This document shows positions 33,590 through 45,644 of a DNA stretch of 64,000 nt, piece by piece. Both the position numbers and the translations under genes were made by a program. Positions within the stretch are counted from its first letter, which is position 1. Each line of letters starts with the position of its first letter. The stretch covers positions 34,331-98,330 of the forward strand of contig JBCCLB010000015.1 in assembly GCA_039027095.1 (NCBI GenBank), written 5' to 3'. This DNA comes from Myxococcota bacterium. Lineage in GTDB: Bacteria > Myxococcota_A > Polyangia > Polyangiales > Polyangiaceae. The notes under the pieces were generated by a model. It had not been told where the DNA came from. It searched no databases and worked only from the letters and a program-made list of their open reading frames with translations.

Positions 33590-35032
33590 ATGATGTCACC
33601 AACCCCACCACGCCCTAGCCTCTCTTCCCTCCCGTTCGTCCTCGCGCGCCGCCGCGCCGGTCATCCCCGGCGATGGCCATCCTTCGCGTTGGGCGTCGGA
33701 CTCACGCTCGTGGCCGCCTGCGATGGGGGTTCCGCGCCCGCGACACCCGACGTGGTGACCGCCACCCCCGAGGATGTGTCGCCCGCGCCGGAGCCGCCCC
33801 CCGCGACCCCACCGGAACCGATGCCATCGGCCGAGGCGCCGCCCCCCGAACCGACGCTGCCGCCCGTGTCGGGCGGGCCGAGCGCAACGGCGATCCAGGC
33901 GAGCAACGACTTCGCCTTCGATCTGCACCGTCGGTTGCGCCGTCGGCCGGGCAACTTGGCGTTTTCGCCGGCCAGCATCTCGGTCGCCCTGGCCATGACG
34001 TGGGGCGGAGCGGAGGGCGAAACCGCGGCCGAGATGGCGCAGGTGATGCGATTTCCCGCCGCCGACACGCTTCACGACGGCTGGGCCACCGCGGTGAAGC
34101 GCTGGCAAACCAAAAGCCAAAACTACGAACTGGCGACGGCCAACCGGCTCTTCGGCGAGAAGACCTATTCGTTTGAAACGAGCTTTCTCACCGCCACCAA
34201 GGCTCACTACGGCGCCCCCCTCGAGCCGCGGGACTTCAAGACCGCGCCGGGGGCCCAGCGGACCTACATCAACGATTGGGTCGCCAAAAACACGCGCCAG
34301 CGCATCGTCGACCTGCTCCCGCCTCCGTCCATTCGATCCGACACCCGGCTCGTCCTCGTCAATGCGCTCTACCTAAAGGCCGACTGGTCGTCGCAGTTCA
34401 AGGATGCGGGGACGCGTGACGCCGACTTTTTCATCGATGGGGCGAAGTCGGTCACGACCCCGATGATGAATCAGACCGCGTCTTTTCGGTATGCCGCCCC
34501 CGATGGGGTGCAGGTCCTGGAGATGCCGTACAAAGGAGGGGACCTCTCGATGGTGGTGGTGCTCCCGGTGGCCCGTGACGGGTTGCCGGCGGTGGAAGCG
34601 AAGCTCGACGCCGCTCAGCTCTCGGGGTGGATGAAGGGCATGGCGTACGAGCGGGTTTCCCTCACGCTGCCGAAGTTCAAGATCGATCCGCCTAAGGCGA
34701 TCGACCTGGCCAAAACCCTGAAGTCGATGGGGATGGCGCTCGCTTTCGATCGCAATCAGGCCGACTTCACGGGGATCGCCGATCCTCCCAACGCGGCGGA
34801 TCGCCTCTACATCGGCAACGTGTTTCACAAGGCGTTCGTCGCCGTCGACGAAGCGGGGACCGAAGCCGCAGCCGCCACCGCGGTGGTGATGCCCCGGGCC
34901 GGGAGCGCAGCTCCGGTGGCGCCGCCGGTTCGCTTCGTCGCCGACCACCCGTTCCTCTTTTTCATCCGCGAGGTGAAGAGCGAGGCCATCCTCTTCGTCG
35001 GCCGCGTAAGCGACCCCAGCCCCGCGGGCTGA
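33590..35032 (+). CDS. serpin family protein with Pro-rich N-terminal lipoprotein extension
   Basis: Serpin hallmarks [33 protein letters not shown] and [15 protein letters not shown]. Hinge [12 protein letters not shown] and C-terminal [12 protein letters not shown]. Lipobox-like [10 protein letters not shown]. Confidence 0.9.
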   Translation: MMSPTPPRPSLSSLPFVLARRRAGHPRRWPSFALGVGLTLVAACDGGSAPATPDVVTATPEDVSPAPEPPPATPPEPMPSAEAPPPEPTLPPVSGGPSATAIQASNDFAFDLHRRLRRRPGNLAFSPASISVALAMTWGGAEGETAAEMAQVMRFPAADTLHDGWATAVKRWQTKSQNYELATANRLFGEKTYSFETSFLTATKAHYGAPLEPRDFKTAPGAQRTYINDWVAKNTRQRIVDLLPPPSIRSDTRLVLVNALYLKADWSSQFKDAGTRDADFFIDGAKSVTTPMMNQTASFRYAAPDGVQVLEMPYKGGDLSMVVVLPVARDGLPAVEAKLDAAQLSGWMKGMAYERVSLTLPKFKIDPPKAIDLAKTLKSMGMALAFDRNQADFTGIADPPNAADRLYIGNVFHKAFVAVDEAGTEAAAATAVVMPRAGSAAPVAPPVRFVADHPFLFFIREVKSEAILFVGRVSDPSPAG

Positions 35033-35155
35033 GCGGCCCCAGCGCCGCGGGTTGACCCTAGCGCCGCCGGGGTGACCCTAGCGCCGCCGGGGAGACCCTA
35101 GCGCCGCCGGGGAGACCCTAGCGCCGCAGGCCGGGCCTAGCGCCGCCACTCCGGG
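35014..35155. repeat. about 7 tandem copies of a ~20-bp unit CCC(T/C)AGCGCCGC(C/G)GGG-N-GA
   Basis: CCCTAG recurs at 35056, 35076, 35096 and 35116 (exact 20-nt period). Degenerate units lie at 35014, 35037 and 35135. The array fills the gap between the convergent serpin stop (35032) and M1 peptidase stop (35137) and overlaps both gene ends. Confidence 0.9.
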
Positions 35156-36606
35156 TCGAGCCAGGGGTGCGGGAGGTGTCGTCGTCGGTCGTCGGCCGGG
35201 GGGGCGACCGACGGGGGGCAAAGGGTGCCGACGTCGACGGGACAACCTGGCGTCCGCAGCCATTCCTCGACCAACGAAGCCAACGTCGCGCTTGCGGACG
35301 TCGGCGCGGCCGCCACGATGGCGCCGATGAGGTCTCCCATTCGCGCCGCGCGGCCCCGGTGCTCGTCGTAGAACCCCGCCAACACGCCATCGAGCGTGGA
35401 GGCGCCGATGAGATCGGCGACATTACGAAGAAAGTAGGCACCCTTGTAATAAGGGGCGGGGCTCCACAGCGGATGATTGATGAGGTCGATTTCGTTGCAG
35501 GTGGTGTCGGGCAGCGCGACGGTGTCGCGGGTCGTGCATGCGGTGACGAGCTCGCATTCGTAAAGGCTCCAGACGTCCACGCCGAGAGACTCGAGCGAGC
35601 GGGCGGCCAGATAGGTCGCGACGCCTTCCGACAACACGAAATCTTCCCAGCAGGCGATGCGTACGCCGTTGCCGAACCAACCGTGGGCCGCTTCGTGAGC
35701 GTGGGTTATCTGGCTCGAGAAAGAAGCCTGGCTGACGTGCCAGTAAGGGTGGTGCTCCATGCCGCCGAAGGCACCGTTGCCCCATGCGGCCGAAACGGAA
35801 CCGACATCGCGGCCGTAGAGGTAACTCCCCAGCGTCGCCTCGTAGAAGGAGAACACGGCCAGGAGGTTCTGGGTGCCGACCATCGTCTCGGCTGCTTCGC
35901 CCGGAAGATGCCACGCGTGAACGGTGGTTCCGGCGGGGGTCGTGCCCAAGACCACGTCCGTAAAGTCTCCCGTGGCCACCGCCGGCATGTACGACGGCGC
36001 CTCGGCCGGGATTTCCGTCGGGAATACGCCGGTCTGTCCGGCGGGCACCCCCGTGACGGTGAGCTCGAACGTCGACCCCTCGTCGGGCGTATCGCGACAG
36101 GGGAAGAGGTTGCCGCAGAAGTGGGGCCAGAGAAAACTGACGCCCCGGGAGGGGTTCCAGCCGTCGAAACCATTGGTGGCCGGGAAGCCGTAGGCGATGT
36201 CGATGGGCGCGGTCGAGGACGCGGGGACCCCAATGCGGAGCTCGTCGCCTTCCGTCTCGAACTGAAGCTCGCGCCCATCCTGCCGGACCCCGACGACCGA
36301 CAGCTCGAGGCCCCGTCGCAGCGACAGACCCTCGCTTTCCGAAGGCGTCAACGTGATGGATGCGGTCGCCGCTCGCGTCGCCACGTCGAGGGACAGCGCC
36401 GTGTGAACGATGTCCCGCGTGCCGTCGGCGGTCGGAGGAGGCGCGACCCAAGGTTCTCCGCCGCCCCCTCCCGAGGTCGTCGTGGCGCCCGTTCCTCCGT
36501 CACCCCCCGCGCCGGCGTCGCCCGATGACCCGCCACACCCAAAGAGTGCGACGGAGGCCACGGCCGCAACCCCGTTCCACCGGCCTCCCCTCCGCCGTCC
36601 CCGCAT
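35137..36606 (-). CDS. M1-family zinc metallopeptidase (aminopeptidase N-like) lipoprotein
   Basis: HEAAH-X18-E (THAHEAAHGWFGNGVRIACWEDFVLSEG) and a GAFGGMEH exopeptidase-like motif. N-terminus MRGRRRGGRWNGVAAVASVALFGCGG (lipobox). Confidence 0.85.
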   Translation of the reverse strand: MRGRRRGGRWNGVAAVASVALFGCGGSSGDAGAGGDGGTGATTTSGGGGGEPWVAPPPTADGTRDIVHTALSLDVATRAATASITLTPSESEGLSLRRGLELSVVGVRQDGRELQFETEGDELRIGVPASSTAPIDIAYGFPATNGFDGWNPSRGVSFLWPHFCGNLFPCRDTPDEGSTFELTVTGVPAGQTGVFPTEIPAEAPSYMPAVATGDFTDVVLGTTPAGTTVHAWHLPGEAAETMVGTQNLLAVFSFYEATLGSYLYGRDVGSVSAAWGNGAFGGMEHHPYWHVSQASFSSQITHAHEAAHGWFGNGVRIACWEDFVLSEGVATYLAARSLESLGVDVWSLYECELVTACTTRDTVALPDTTCNEIDLINHPLWSPAPYYKGAYFLRNVADLIGASTLDGVLAGFYDEHRGRAARMGDLIGAIVAAAPTSASATLASLVEEWLRTPGCPVDVGTLCPPSVAPPADDRRRHLPHPWLDPEWRR

Positions 36607-36711
36607 GGGCGAAGCGTAGGCCGGGGCGAGGGGCCAAGCAATGGACGCGAGCGCGCCGAGCACAAGGGGGAAGGAATGAGGCCTTCAAACGTACATTGAG
36701 CCACAAGCGTC

Positions 36712-37152
36712 ATGAACCAACCTGCGCATCAGACCCCGCCCGTCGCCTACGACCCCGCCGCGGCACCGCATCCGGCCCATCCCTACCCGCACCAGCCGTA
36801 CCCGCCGCAAGCGCCCACGATGGGTCAGCCGATGCATCCGGCCGCCTACGGTCAACCCCAGGTCGGCATGGCGCCAGCTCCCGTGGCGAAGCGTACCCCG
36901 GCGGGCGCGGTGGTGCTGCTGGTCCTCGCGGCGCTCTGTCTCCTGCCGGCGCTGTTCTTCGGCTACTACGCGGTGTCGAACTACGGCGCGGCCTCGAGGC
37001 TTGCTGTCGACCTCCCCGAAGGCGCCGAGTTCGTCGTGGCCGTCGTCGAGGCCAAGGCCCAGCGTCAGGCGATGTTCGCGGGGGTGGCCGGGGTTCTGAC
37101 CCTCATCCTCGGAGGGGCGGGCCTCGCCCTTCGCACGCGAAAGACCGCCTGA
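36712..37152 (+). CDS. membrane protein with Pro/His/Gln-rich N-terminus
   Basis: N-terminus MNQPAHQTPPVAYDPAAAPHPAHPYPHQPYPPQ, followed by two hydrophobic helices (AVVLLVLAALCLLPALFFGYY and FAGVAGVLTLILGGAGLAL). Confidence 0.7.
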   Translation: MNQPAHQTPPVAYDPAAAPHPAHPYPHQPYPPQAPTMGQPMHPAAYGQPQVGMAPAPVAKRTPAGAVVLLVLAALCLLPALFFGYYAVSNYGAASRLAVDLPEGAEFVVAVVEAKAQRQAMFAGVAGVLTLILGGAGLALRTRKTA

Positions 37153-37199
37153 GGCGCGATAAACTCGGCGGCGATGACGCAACCCGGGGAGGGTCCGCG

Positions 37200-37868
37200 G
37201 TGAGCCAACGGAGTCTGTTCGGGGCGGCCCTCGACGGTACCTTCGGCGCGTTCTTGCGCCGCATGCCCAAGCAGTCGCGGTCGCGCGCGCTCGTGACCGC
37301 GGTGGTGCAGGCCCTCGACGAGCAACTCCAAAGCGGCCGAGACCTCGATGCGGTCACCATCGAGACGGTGAGCGAGCGCGCCGGGGTGAGCGTCGGCTCG
37401 TTCTACGAGTACTTCACCGGCAAAGACTCGCTGCTGGGCGCGTTGGTCGGCCAGGTGACCGACCGCAACTTTCGGCACCTGTCCGCGCGCCTCGAAGCGC
37501 ATGCCGTCGACGGGCTCGACGCGCTCGTGCGCGCCTTCAGCCGCGACATCGCCACGACCTACCTCGCCCACCCCCGGCACATGCGGGTCGTCGTGCACGC
37601 CATCGGTCGCCTCGGTCTGCTCGGCATCGTCAACCGTGAACGCGACCGGTTTGCGGAGGTGATGTGCACGCATGCGCGCCCTTTTTTGTCCGACGAAGAC
37701 CCGGCGCGGGTCCTTCGCACGATGCAGCTTCTCGCCGACGGAGCGATGGGCGTGCTCGTGGCCGCCGCCGATCGCGAGTCGCCCGCCGACGCAGAGGCCG
37801 TCGCCGAAGAACTCGCCGAACTCGCATTCGGCCTGATCGCCCAACGACACGCGTCGTCGGCGCCCTAA
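37200..37868 (+). CDS. TetR/AcrR-family transcriptional regulator
   Basis: HTH segment TIETVSERAGVSVGSFYEYFTGKDSLL. The start is GTG 37200 or ATG 37263. The track ORF 36360..37868 upstream part overlaps other genes. Confidence 0.85.
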   Translation: MSQRSLFGAALDGTFGAFLRRMPKQSRSRALVTAVVQALDEQLQSGRDLDAVTIETVSERAGVSVGSFYEYFTGKDSLLGALVGQVTDRNFRHLSARLEAHAVDGLDALVRAFSRDIATTYLAHPRHMRVVVHAIGRLGLLGIVNRERDRFAEVMCTHARPFLSDEDPARVLRTMQLLADGAMGVLVAAADRESPADAEAVAEELAELAFGLIAQRHASSAP

Positions 37869-37985
37869 AATCTGGGGACGGTGGCTGAGCCCAAGCGATA
37901 GGCCTGAATTTTCGGTCGGTTGGACCCTTGGGGAATCCGAGTGGTGCGAGGTGGGTTTTGGTCGCACAGTAGCCCGAGGCACACC

Positions 37986-38663
37986 ATGACTCCCTGTCCC
38001 TGGTCGGACTTCGCGCCGGGTACCGTCGCGTTCTGCGAAGCGCGGCTCTGCGCCTGGATCGCCGAGCCCTCGAATACCTGGTCGAGCCTCGGCTACGTCG
38101 CGTTGGGAATCTACATGTTCGCCGGTGCGTGGCGGCCGGCCCAGCCGCGGCTGCTCGCGGTGGCCGTCGCACAGCTCGCCATCGGGGTGGGCTCGTTCTT
38201 CTTTCACGCGAGCGGCACCTTTGCCGGCGAGATGGTCGATCAATTCGGGATGTTTCTCCTATCGGGGCTCATCCTCGTGTTCGCCGCCGCGCAAGCCCGC
38301 GAATGGGGGCCCGCGAAAACCGTCGCCACCTACGCCGCCCTCGTGCTGGCCAGCACCGCCTCGCTGCTCGTCGTTCGTCCCGCCGGCATCCCGCTGTTTG
38401 GCGTGCAGCTCGCCGCGGGTCTCGGCTGGCAGATCCGGCTTTGGAAGACCACCGACGACCCTCGGGTGCGCGCCGCCCACCGTATCTTCTTCGTCGCCCT
38501 CGCCATCTTCGGCACGTCGTTCGCCATCTGGATCACTGACATCACCGGTCTTCTCTGCGATCCCGACAATCACTTCATCACCGGCCACGCCGTCTGGCAC
38601 GTGCTCAACGCCATCTCGATCTTGCGCCTCGGCGAGTTCTATCGCGTCCGTTTTCACGCGTGA
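37986..38663 (+). CDS. ceramidase-like (alkaline ceramidase family) integral membrane protein
   Basis: Contains FCEARLCAWIAEPSNTWSSLGYV (the CE...EP-NT-S motif), HASGTFAGEMVDQFGM and C-terminal GHAVWHVLNA. Seven hydrophobic helices. Confidence 0.7.
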   Translation: MTPCPWSDFAPGTVAFCEARLCAWIAEPSNTWSSLGYVALGIYMFAGAWRPAQPRLLAVAVAQLAIGVGSFFFHASGTFAGEMVDQFGMFLLSGLILVFAAAQAREWGPAKTVATYAALVLASTASLLVVRPAGIPLFGVQLAAGLGWQIRLWKTTDDPRVRAAHRIFFVALAIFGTSFAIWITDITGLLCDPDNHFITGHAVWHVLNAISILRLGEFYRVRFHA

Positions 38664-38758
38664 GTCTGCCGTCCGGCCCACCGCCTCCCCTCCGGCGCGA
38701 CGTCGTGTCGCGCTTACGAACCGATGAGCACCGAGCTACGTAGCCTCGGAGGGAGCTC

Positions 38759-39481
38759 ATGAACGACGATGCCTACCGCGACTTGGTGCCGTTCTACGGC
38801 TTGTTGGACCCGCGAGAGGATCACGCGGAGGAGGCGGCAGTTTGGGGGGAAGCGCTGGCGGCGCGGGTCGAGACGTCGGCGCCGACGCTTCTGGAGTTGG
38901 GGGCGGGGGCGGGAAACAACGCCTGGTACTTGGGGGCGCGGTTCCGCTGCACCCTCGTCGATATCTCCGATGCGATGCTCGAGATCTCCCGTCGGCAGAA
39001 TCCCGAGTGTCGGCACGTGGTCGCCGACATGCGCACGGTAACCCTGAACCAGACTTTCTCGGTGGTGTTCGCCCACGACGCGCTCAGTCACATGGTCGAC
39101 CGGCAGGACGTGGCCGCGGTGGTCGCCACGGCACATCGGCATCTCGACGTCGGGGGTACGTTGCTGCTCGCGCCAGATTGCTTCGACGACGGCTTCGACG
39201 ACATGGTGGAGTACATCGAGCGCGACGAAGAAACCGCTGCGCTCCGCGGGGTCGCCTGGTCCCGACGCACGGGTCCAAACCGCGCCGAAACGGACTACGC
39301 ATTGCTCTACCGGAAGGGAAGCGAGGTTTGCCCCGTCCACGTCCGTCACCCCGAAGCGCTACATGCCCGCGCGACCTGGTGCGAGCTCGTCGAGGCGGCG
39401 GGCTTCGAGGTGATTCTCATGCCGCGCGAACAGCCCCCCGGGTACGCCGCGCACACGCTGATGTGCCGCAAGATCCGGTGA
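38759..39481 (+). CDS. class I SAM-dependent methyltransferase
   Basis: Motif I LLELGAGAGNNA, acidic loop VDISDAML, and post-I/II segments VVFAHDALSHM and GGTLLLAPD. Confidence 0.8.
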   Translation: MNDDAYRDLVPFYGLLDPREDHAEEAAVWGEALAARVETSAPTLLELGAGAGNNAWYLGARFRCTLVDISDAMLEISRRQNPECRHVVADMRTVTLNQTFSVVFAHDALSHMVDRQDVAAVVATAHRHLDVGGTLLLAPDCFDDGFDDMVEYIERDEETAALRGVAWSRRTGPNRAETDYALLYRKGSEVCPVHVRHPEALHARATWCELVEAAGFEVILMPREQPPGYAAHTLMCRKIR

Positions 39482-39585
39482 CGCACGGGCCCGTTCGTTC
39501 GCCGCCTGGCCCTCGAAGGGGTGTCGCGCGGGCCTCTATATATGCTCGATTCGAGGACCGGGGTGGGTGGCCGGTAGAACGGATG

Positions 39586-40203
39586 CTATTTGCCGAACTC
39601 AAAAAAGACGAAGTAAATGACGATGGCGGCTACGGCCACGAGGAAGAGGGGCATCATTTGCTGGTACGAGCGCTGTGCGCGCCTCGCACGCGCCAAGGGG
39701 TCGCCGGAATATCGCGTCTCCAGGCGACGGTGACCCAGGTGCTGGGCGAGCCGTTCGGCGAGCTGCTCTGCCGCGTCGTCGTCCTCGCCAAAGTGCGCCA
39801 TGGATGTCGCTCCGAGCATGACGTGGTGGGTCGTGATGGTTCCCCCCGATTCTGTATCGTTGCGCTTCTTCTTGATGACGCCAAAGCGTTGCCGTTCCAC
39901 CGGCATGGTGGCGGTGCGTCGCAAACCGAGCCACGACCAGCCCCAGGTGACGGTGTTGTTCTTCGCGTTGACCTCGATCACCCGACGGAGTGGCGCGAGG
40001 AGCCCCGCGACGACGAACAGGACCGGCGCCGCCACGATGTTGACGGTTCGCTCCCACCCTTCGAGGAGCGACATCCCACGCACGGCAAGGAGCGCCATGA
40101 GCGCGCAGAAAAAGGCGCCCCAGACCTGGCGACGGGGCGACGGATACGCGACCAACACGTGCTCCTTCTCAACGTATCGCGTCTTCAAGATCCCGTTCAT
40201 CAT
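39586..40203 (-). CDS. membrane protein, unknown function
   Basis: 205 aa with three hydrophobic helices (VWGAFFCALMALLAV, IVAAPVLFVVAGLLAPL, MPLFLVAVAAIVIYFVFF). Codon usage is somewhat less GC-biased than its neighbours. Confidence 0.65.
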   Translation of the reverse strand: MMNGILKTRYVEKEHVLVAYPSPRRQVWGAFFCALMALLAVRGMSLLEGWERTVNIVAAPVLFVVAGLLAPLRRVIEVNAKNNTVTWGWSWLGLRRTATMPVERQRFGVIKKKRNDTESGGTITTHHVMLGATSMAHFGEDDDAAEQLAERLAQHLGHRRLETRYSGDPLARARRAQRSYQQMMPLFLVAVAAIVIYFVFFEFGK

Positions 40204-40410
40204 GACCCTTCCCGCTCATGGTTGACGACCCTCGATGACCCCGGGCTTCGGCGGGCATCGACCCCGAGCGCATAGGCAGGATAGGCCCGCCCGCCTGGGT
40301 TTCGGAGAAAAATCAGCCTGCCCCGAGCCCCCGCCGAGCCCGTCGGGGTGGCGCTCGTCGATGACGTCGTGGAGCGACGGCGTGTTCCCTATCGCGTCGG
40401 CCCTTGGCGT

Positions 40411-41013
40411 TTACCGAGCGGGCTGGCGTCCGTCTACGCTTGCCCTCATCTCCGTCAGCGTTTCGCGTTGGAAGCGGCGCTGGAGGCGGCGGGCGAGGGG
40501 GGCGCCGAGGCGGGCGAGACCGAGGGGGCGGGAAATGGCGAGAACGTCGTAAGCGACGCGGCCGTGGGCGTCGCGAGAGAGGAGGAAGCGCTCTTCCCCG
40601 GCTTCGGCGTGGCCGGGGAGGGCGCCGAACGCGAAGCCATACCGGTCTGTCGTCTCGATCACGGCGTGGACCCGGCACGGGTGGGCGGACCAGAACCCGA
40701 AGTGCCGGGCCACGGTGGCGAAGACGGTACCGGGGCTCACCGGGCCATCGTCGTCGTCGTCGAGCCGCACGATGCGGGTGAACGACGCGGGGTAGTTGTG
40801 GATGCGGGACAGCGCTGCCTTGGCCTGAGCCCACACGTCCGCGCCCGCCCCGAGCTCCGTTCCGTAGTCGTCGAGGGTATAGCCGTCCGGCACCGGCGGG
40901 CGCGGATCCCGTAGGGTCCAGCCTACGTCGTCGTAGGTGAACGCGGCGTCGCGGAGCCCCCGGAGGAGCTGGCGCACGCGCTCGTCACGGGGCGCGCGCG
41001 CAAAGAAAGGCAT
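40411..41013 (-). CDS. DUF1990 (UPF0548)-like protein
   Basis: 200 aa with FTYDDVGWT...PDGYTLDDYGTELGAGADVWAQAKAAL and HAEAGEERFLL segments, as I recall for DUF1990. Confidence 0.6.
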   Translation of the reverse strand: MPFFARAPRDERVRQLLRGLRDAAFTYDDVGWTLRDPRPPVPDGYTLDDYGTELGAGADVWAQAKAALSRIHNYPASFTRIVRLDDDDDGPVSPGTVFATVARHFGFWSAHPCRVHAVIETTDRYGFAFGALPGHAEAGEERFLLSRDAHGRVAYDVLAISRPLGLARLGAPLARRLQRRFQRETLTEMRASVDGRQPAR

Positions 41014-41036
41014 GGTTCGAAGCAGCGCGGGGCCAA

Positions 41037-43190
<2,154 letters not shown>

Positions 43191-43314
43191 GGCGGCTTCT
43201 CGGCGGCTGATTCTCAGTCGGCGGGTCGATACACCATCTCTTCGCCCCTGGCCACGCTTCTCCCGGCGCTACCGTCGACCTGACGGGCCCGCGGCGCCTG
43301 GTTACGGAGCCCCC

Positions 43315-43782
43315 ATGACGGTGGAACAAGGTGACGCGGCCCCGACCTTCGCGCTCCCGGGCAACGACGGAAGGACACATCGCCTCGAGGACTACGCCGG
43401 CCGACGGCTGGTGCTGTACTTCTACCCCAAGGACGACACCCCGGGTTGTACGACCCAGGCCTGCGACTTTCGCGACAACATGGCGCGCCTCACCGCCGCG
43501 GGCGCGGTGGTGTTGGGGGTGAGTCGGGATGCACGCGCGAGCCACGACGCCTTTCGCGACAAGTACGACCTCAACTTCGTGCTCCTCACCGACGAGGACG
43601 TGTCCGTTCACCGTGCCTACGGGGCCTTCGGCGAAAAGAAGAGCTACGGGCGCACCGTCGAGGGGGTGATCCGAAGCACCTTCATCATCGACGGCGACGG
43701 CGTCGTCACCGCCGCGATGCGAAACGTGCGCGCGGGTGGTGGCCACGTGGACCGCGTGCTCGCCACCCTCGAAGAAGGCTGA
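43315..43782 (+). CDS. bcp: thiol peroxidase Bcp (peroxiredoxin Q type), cytoplasmic
   Basis: Contains VLYFYPKDDTPGCTTQAC and STFIIDGDGVV. ATG is preceded by GGAG. Confidence 0.9.
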   Translation: MTVEQGDAAPTFALPGNDGRTHRLEDYAGRRLVLYFYPKDDTPGCTTQACDFRDNMARLTAAGAVVLGVSRDARASHDAFRDKYDLNFVLLTDEDVSVHRAYGAFGEKKSYGRTVEGVIRSTFIIDGDGVVTAAMRNVRAGGGHVDRVLATLEEG

Positions 43783-43879
43783 GGTCGGCGCGAGGTTGGC
43801 GGCAGGCGCTCCCCGAGCACGTCCGCCCGCAGGATGACGAGGGTGACGCGGACGGCGGCATGAGGCAGCCTCATACCCA

Positions 43880-45562
43880 ATGACGATGGGTCAGGCGAAC
43901 TGCGGGACCGCGTCCCCCTCCGGCCGTCGCGACGCGGACGGCGACCGGCGCCTCGCGTTCTCGGGGCGGCGGCTCGTCCCGACGCGGAGGCGCTCGCCGG
44001 CCCCCCTCGCCGCTCCGTGGCGGGCGGCGCTCGGCGTGGTGGCCCTGCTCTTCGTGTTCTTCCTCTGCGGGGACATCCGCTTCGCAGCGGCCCAGCCCAC
44101 CGGCGCTGAACCGGCCGGTGCTGGGCCCGACGCGGAGGGGGAGCGGCCCGCGAAAGCGGCGGGTCGGCTCGAGATTCGCGTCAGCGAAACCGGCGCGACC
44201 ATCACCGTAGACGGCACCCCGCGAGGCAATGCGCCGCTCCCCGGCGCGCTCGAGGTCGCCGCGGGCGAACACGTGGTTCAGGTGAGCCAACCCGGGTTCG
44301 AGACGGTGACCCGCACGGTGACGGTCGAGCCGGGCGACACGCCCACGGTCGTCACGGTCAAGCTCGAGGCGGCCCGGGGGCGTCTCGTCGTCAAGGCCGC
44401 CGGCGACACGCCGCTCGAGGTGCTGATCGACGGTGCCGTCGTCGGCACGACTCCCTACGAAGCCGACGTCGATGCGGCCACGTACCGGATCTCAGGGCGG
44501 GGCAAGGGGATCGCCGCCGGGGTTCAAGAAGTCAGTGTCGGCGCCGGCGACACCGTCGAGGTCACGCTGCAGGCGGGGGCGGCCACGGGTCAACTCGAGG
44601 TGCGCATCGCCGACGGCCAAGGCCGGGTGCTCATCGACGGCGAGGAGGTCGGCGTCGGCAACTGGTCTGGTGCGCTCACCGCGGGCCCCCAAACGCTCCG
44701 CGTCGAGCGCGATGGCTACGCGCCCGTCGAGCGCGAGGTCATGATCGTCGCGGGCGACGTACGCGCGGAGAGCGTCAAGCTCACCAAATCGGCCGCAGGC
44801 GACCTCCAGGCGGAGCCGGGCGACAAGCCGTGGACCTTCGATGGCTTCTACGGCGGGTTTGGGCTCCACGGACTCGTGTCCCCCACCGGGGCCAACAACT
44901 CACTGCAGGGCTCGTGCGACGCCCTCGGGGCCACGAGCTGTAGCGCCGGGACTCCGGCCGGGGGCGCTCTCACCGGCTACTTCGGATACGGTTTCGCGCC
45001 CGTGGGATTGGAGCTGTTCGCCCTCGGCTCGGGCGACGTCTATTCGCCGAGCGCCACCTTCGACGGCCGCACCCAGAGCGAAGTCAACCCGCTGCTCGCG
45101 AGTCCCGCGCGGGAAGAGGAGTTTTTCTTCGCCCGCGTCGGCGGGGGCGCGGCGGCACGCATCCGCTTGCTGTGGCCGTTCGGTATTTTTCGTCTCACGA
45201 CGGCCGCGGGGGCCGGCATCGTCTACCGGCGTTTCTTCGGGGTCCGAGAAACCATGGCCACCGCCCCCGGCGACAACCGTGAGAACCGTGTTGTGTTCGA
45301 CGAGCGGGTCATCGGCGATGTTTCGGCCGCCTTCTCTTTCGAGCTCGCCGGCCAGATCGCCTTGAGCCGGGTCGTCGCCCTCGCGTTCGGTCTCAACCTC
45401 TGGCTCGAGAACGCGACCGACGCGACCACCACGCGTCGCAACGACACGCTCCTCGCCGCCGAGGGACAAATCCCCTCGCCCATCGCCACGCCCCCCTACG
45501 ACGCGGCGCTCGGGACCCAGTTTCTCATGTTGCCGTTTCTCGGCCTTCACTTCGGCCCCTGA
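43880..45562 (+). CDS. PEGA-domain protein with C-terminal beta-barrel-like domain
   Basis: Signal anchor ALGVVALLFVFFLCG. There are 4-5 PEGA-type repeats (ITVDGTPRGNAPLPGALEVAAGEHVVQVSQPGFE, LIDGAVVGTTPYEADV, LIDGEEVGVGNWSGALTAGPQTLRVERDGYAP). The C-terminal alternating hydrophobic region ends LPFLGLHFGP. Confidence 0.8.
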   Translation: MTMGQANCGTASPSGRRDADGDRRLAFSGRRLVPTRRRSPAPLAAPWRAALGVVALLFVFFLCGDIRFAAAQPTGAEPAGAGPDAEGERPAKAAGRLEIRVSETGATITVDGTPRGNAPLPGALEVAAGEHVVQVSQPGFETVTRTVTVEPGDTPTVVTVKLEAARGRLVVKAAGDTPLEVLIDGAVVGTTPYEADVDAATYRISGRGKGIAAGVQEVSVGAGDTVEVTLQAGAATGQLEVRIADGQGRVLIDGEEVGVGNWSGALTAGPQTLRVERDGYAPVEREVMIVAGDVRAESVKLTKSAAGDLQAEPGDKPWTFDGFYGGFGLHGLVSPTGANNSLQGSCDALGATSCSAGTPAGGALTGYFGYGFAPVGLELFALGSGDVYSPSATFDGRTQSEVNPLLASPAREEEFFFARVGGGAAARIRLLWPFGIFRLTTAAGAGIVYRRFFGVRETMATAPGDNRENRVVFDERVIGDVSAAFSFELAGQIALSRVVALAFGLNLWLENATDATTTRRNDTLLAAEGQIPSPIATPPYDAALGTQFLMLPFLGLHFGP

Positions 45563-45644
45563 GCCCGACCGCGGAAGCTCGGCGGTCCGCGGCGGGGCCG
45601 TCGTCGCGTTGGGCGTCCCCCGTCCGCGCCGGCCGCATTCGGCG

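Noticed and set aside
35014-35155. The tandem array as a CRISPR locus
   Set aside because: The units are directly adjacent with no unique spacers, the unit length is only ~20 bp, and there are no cas genes in the window.
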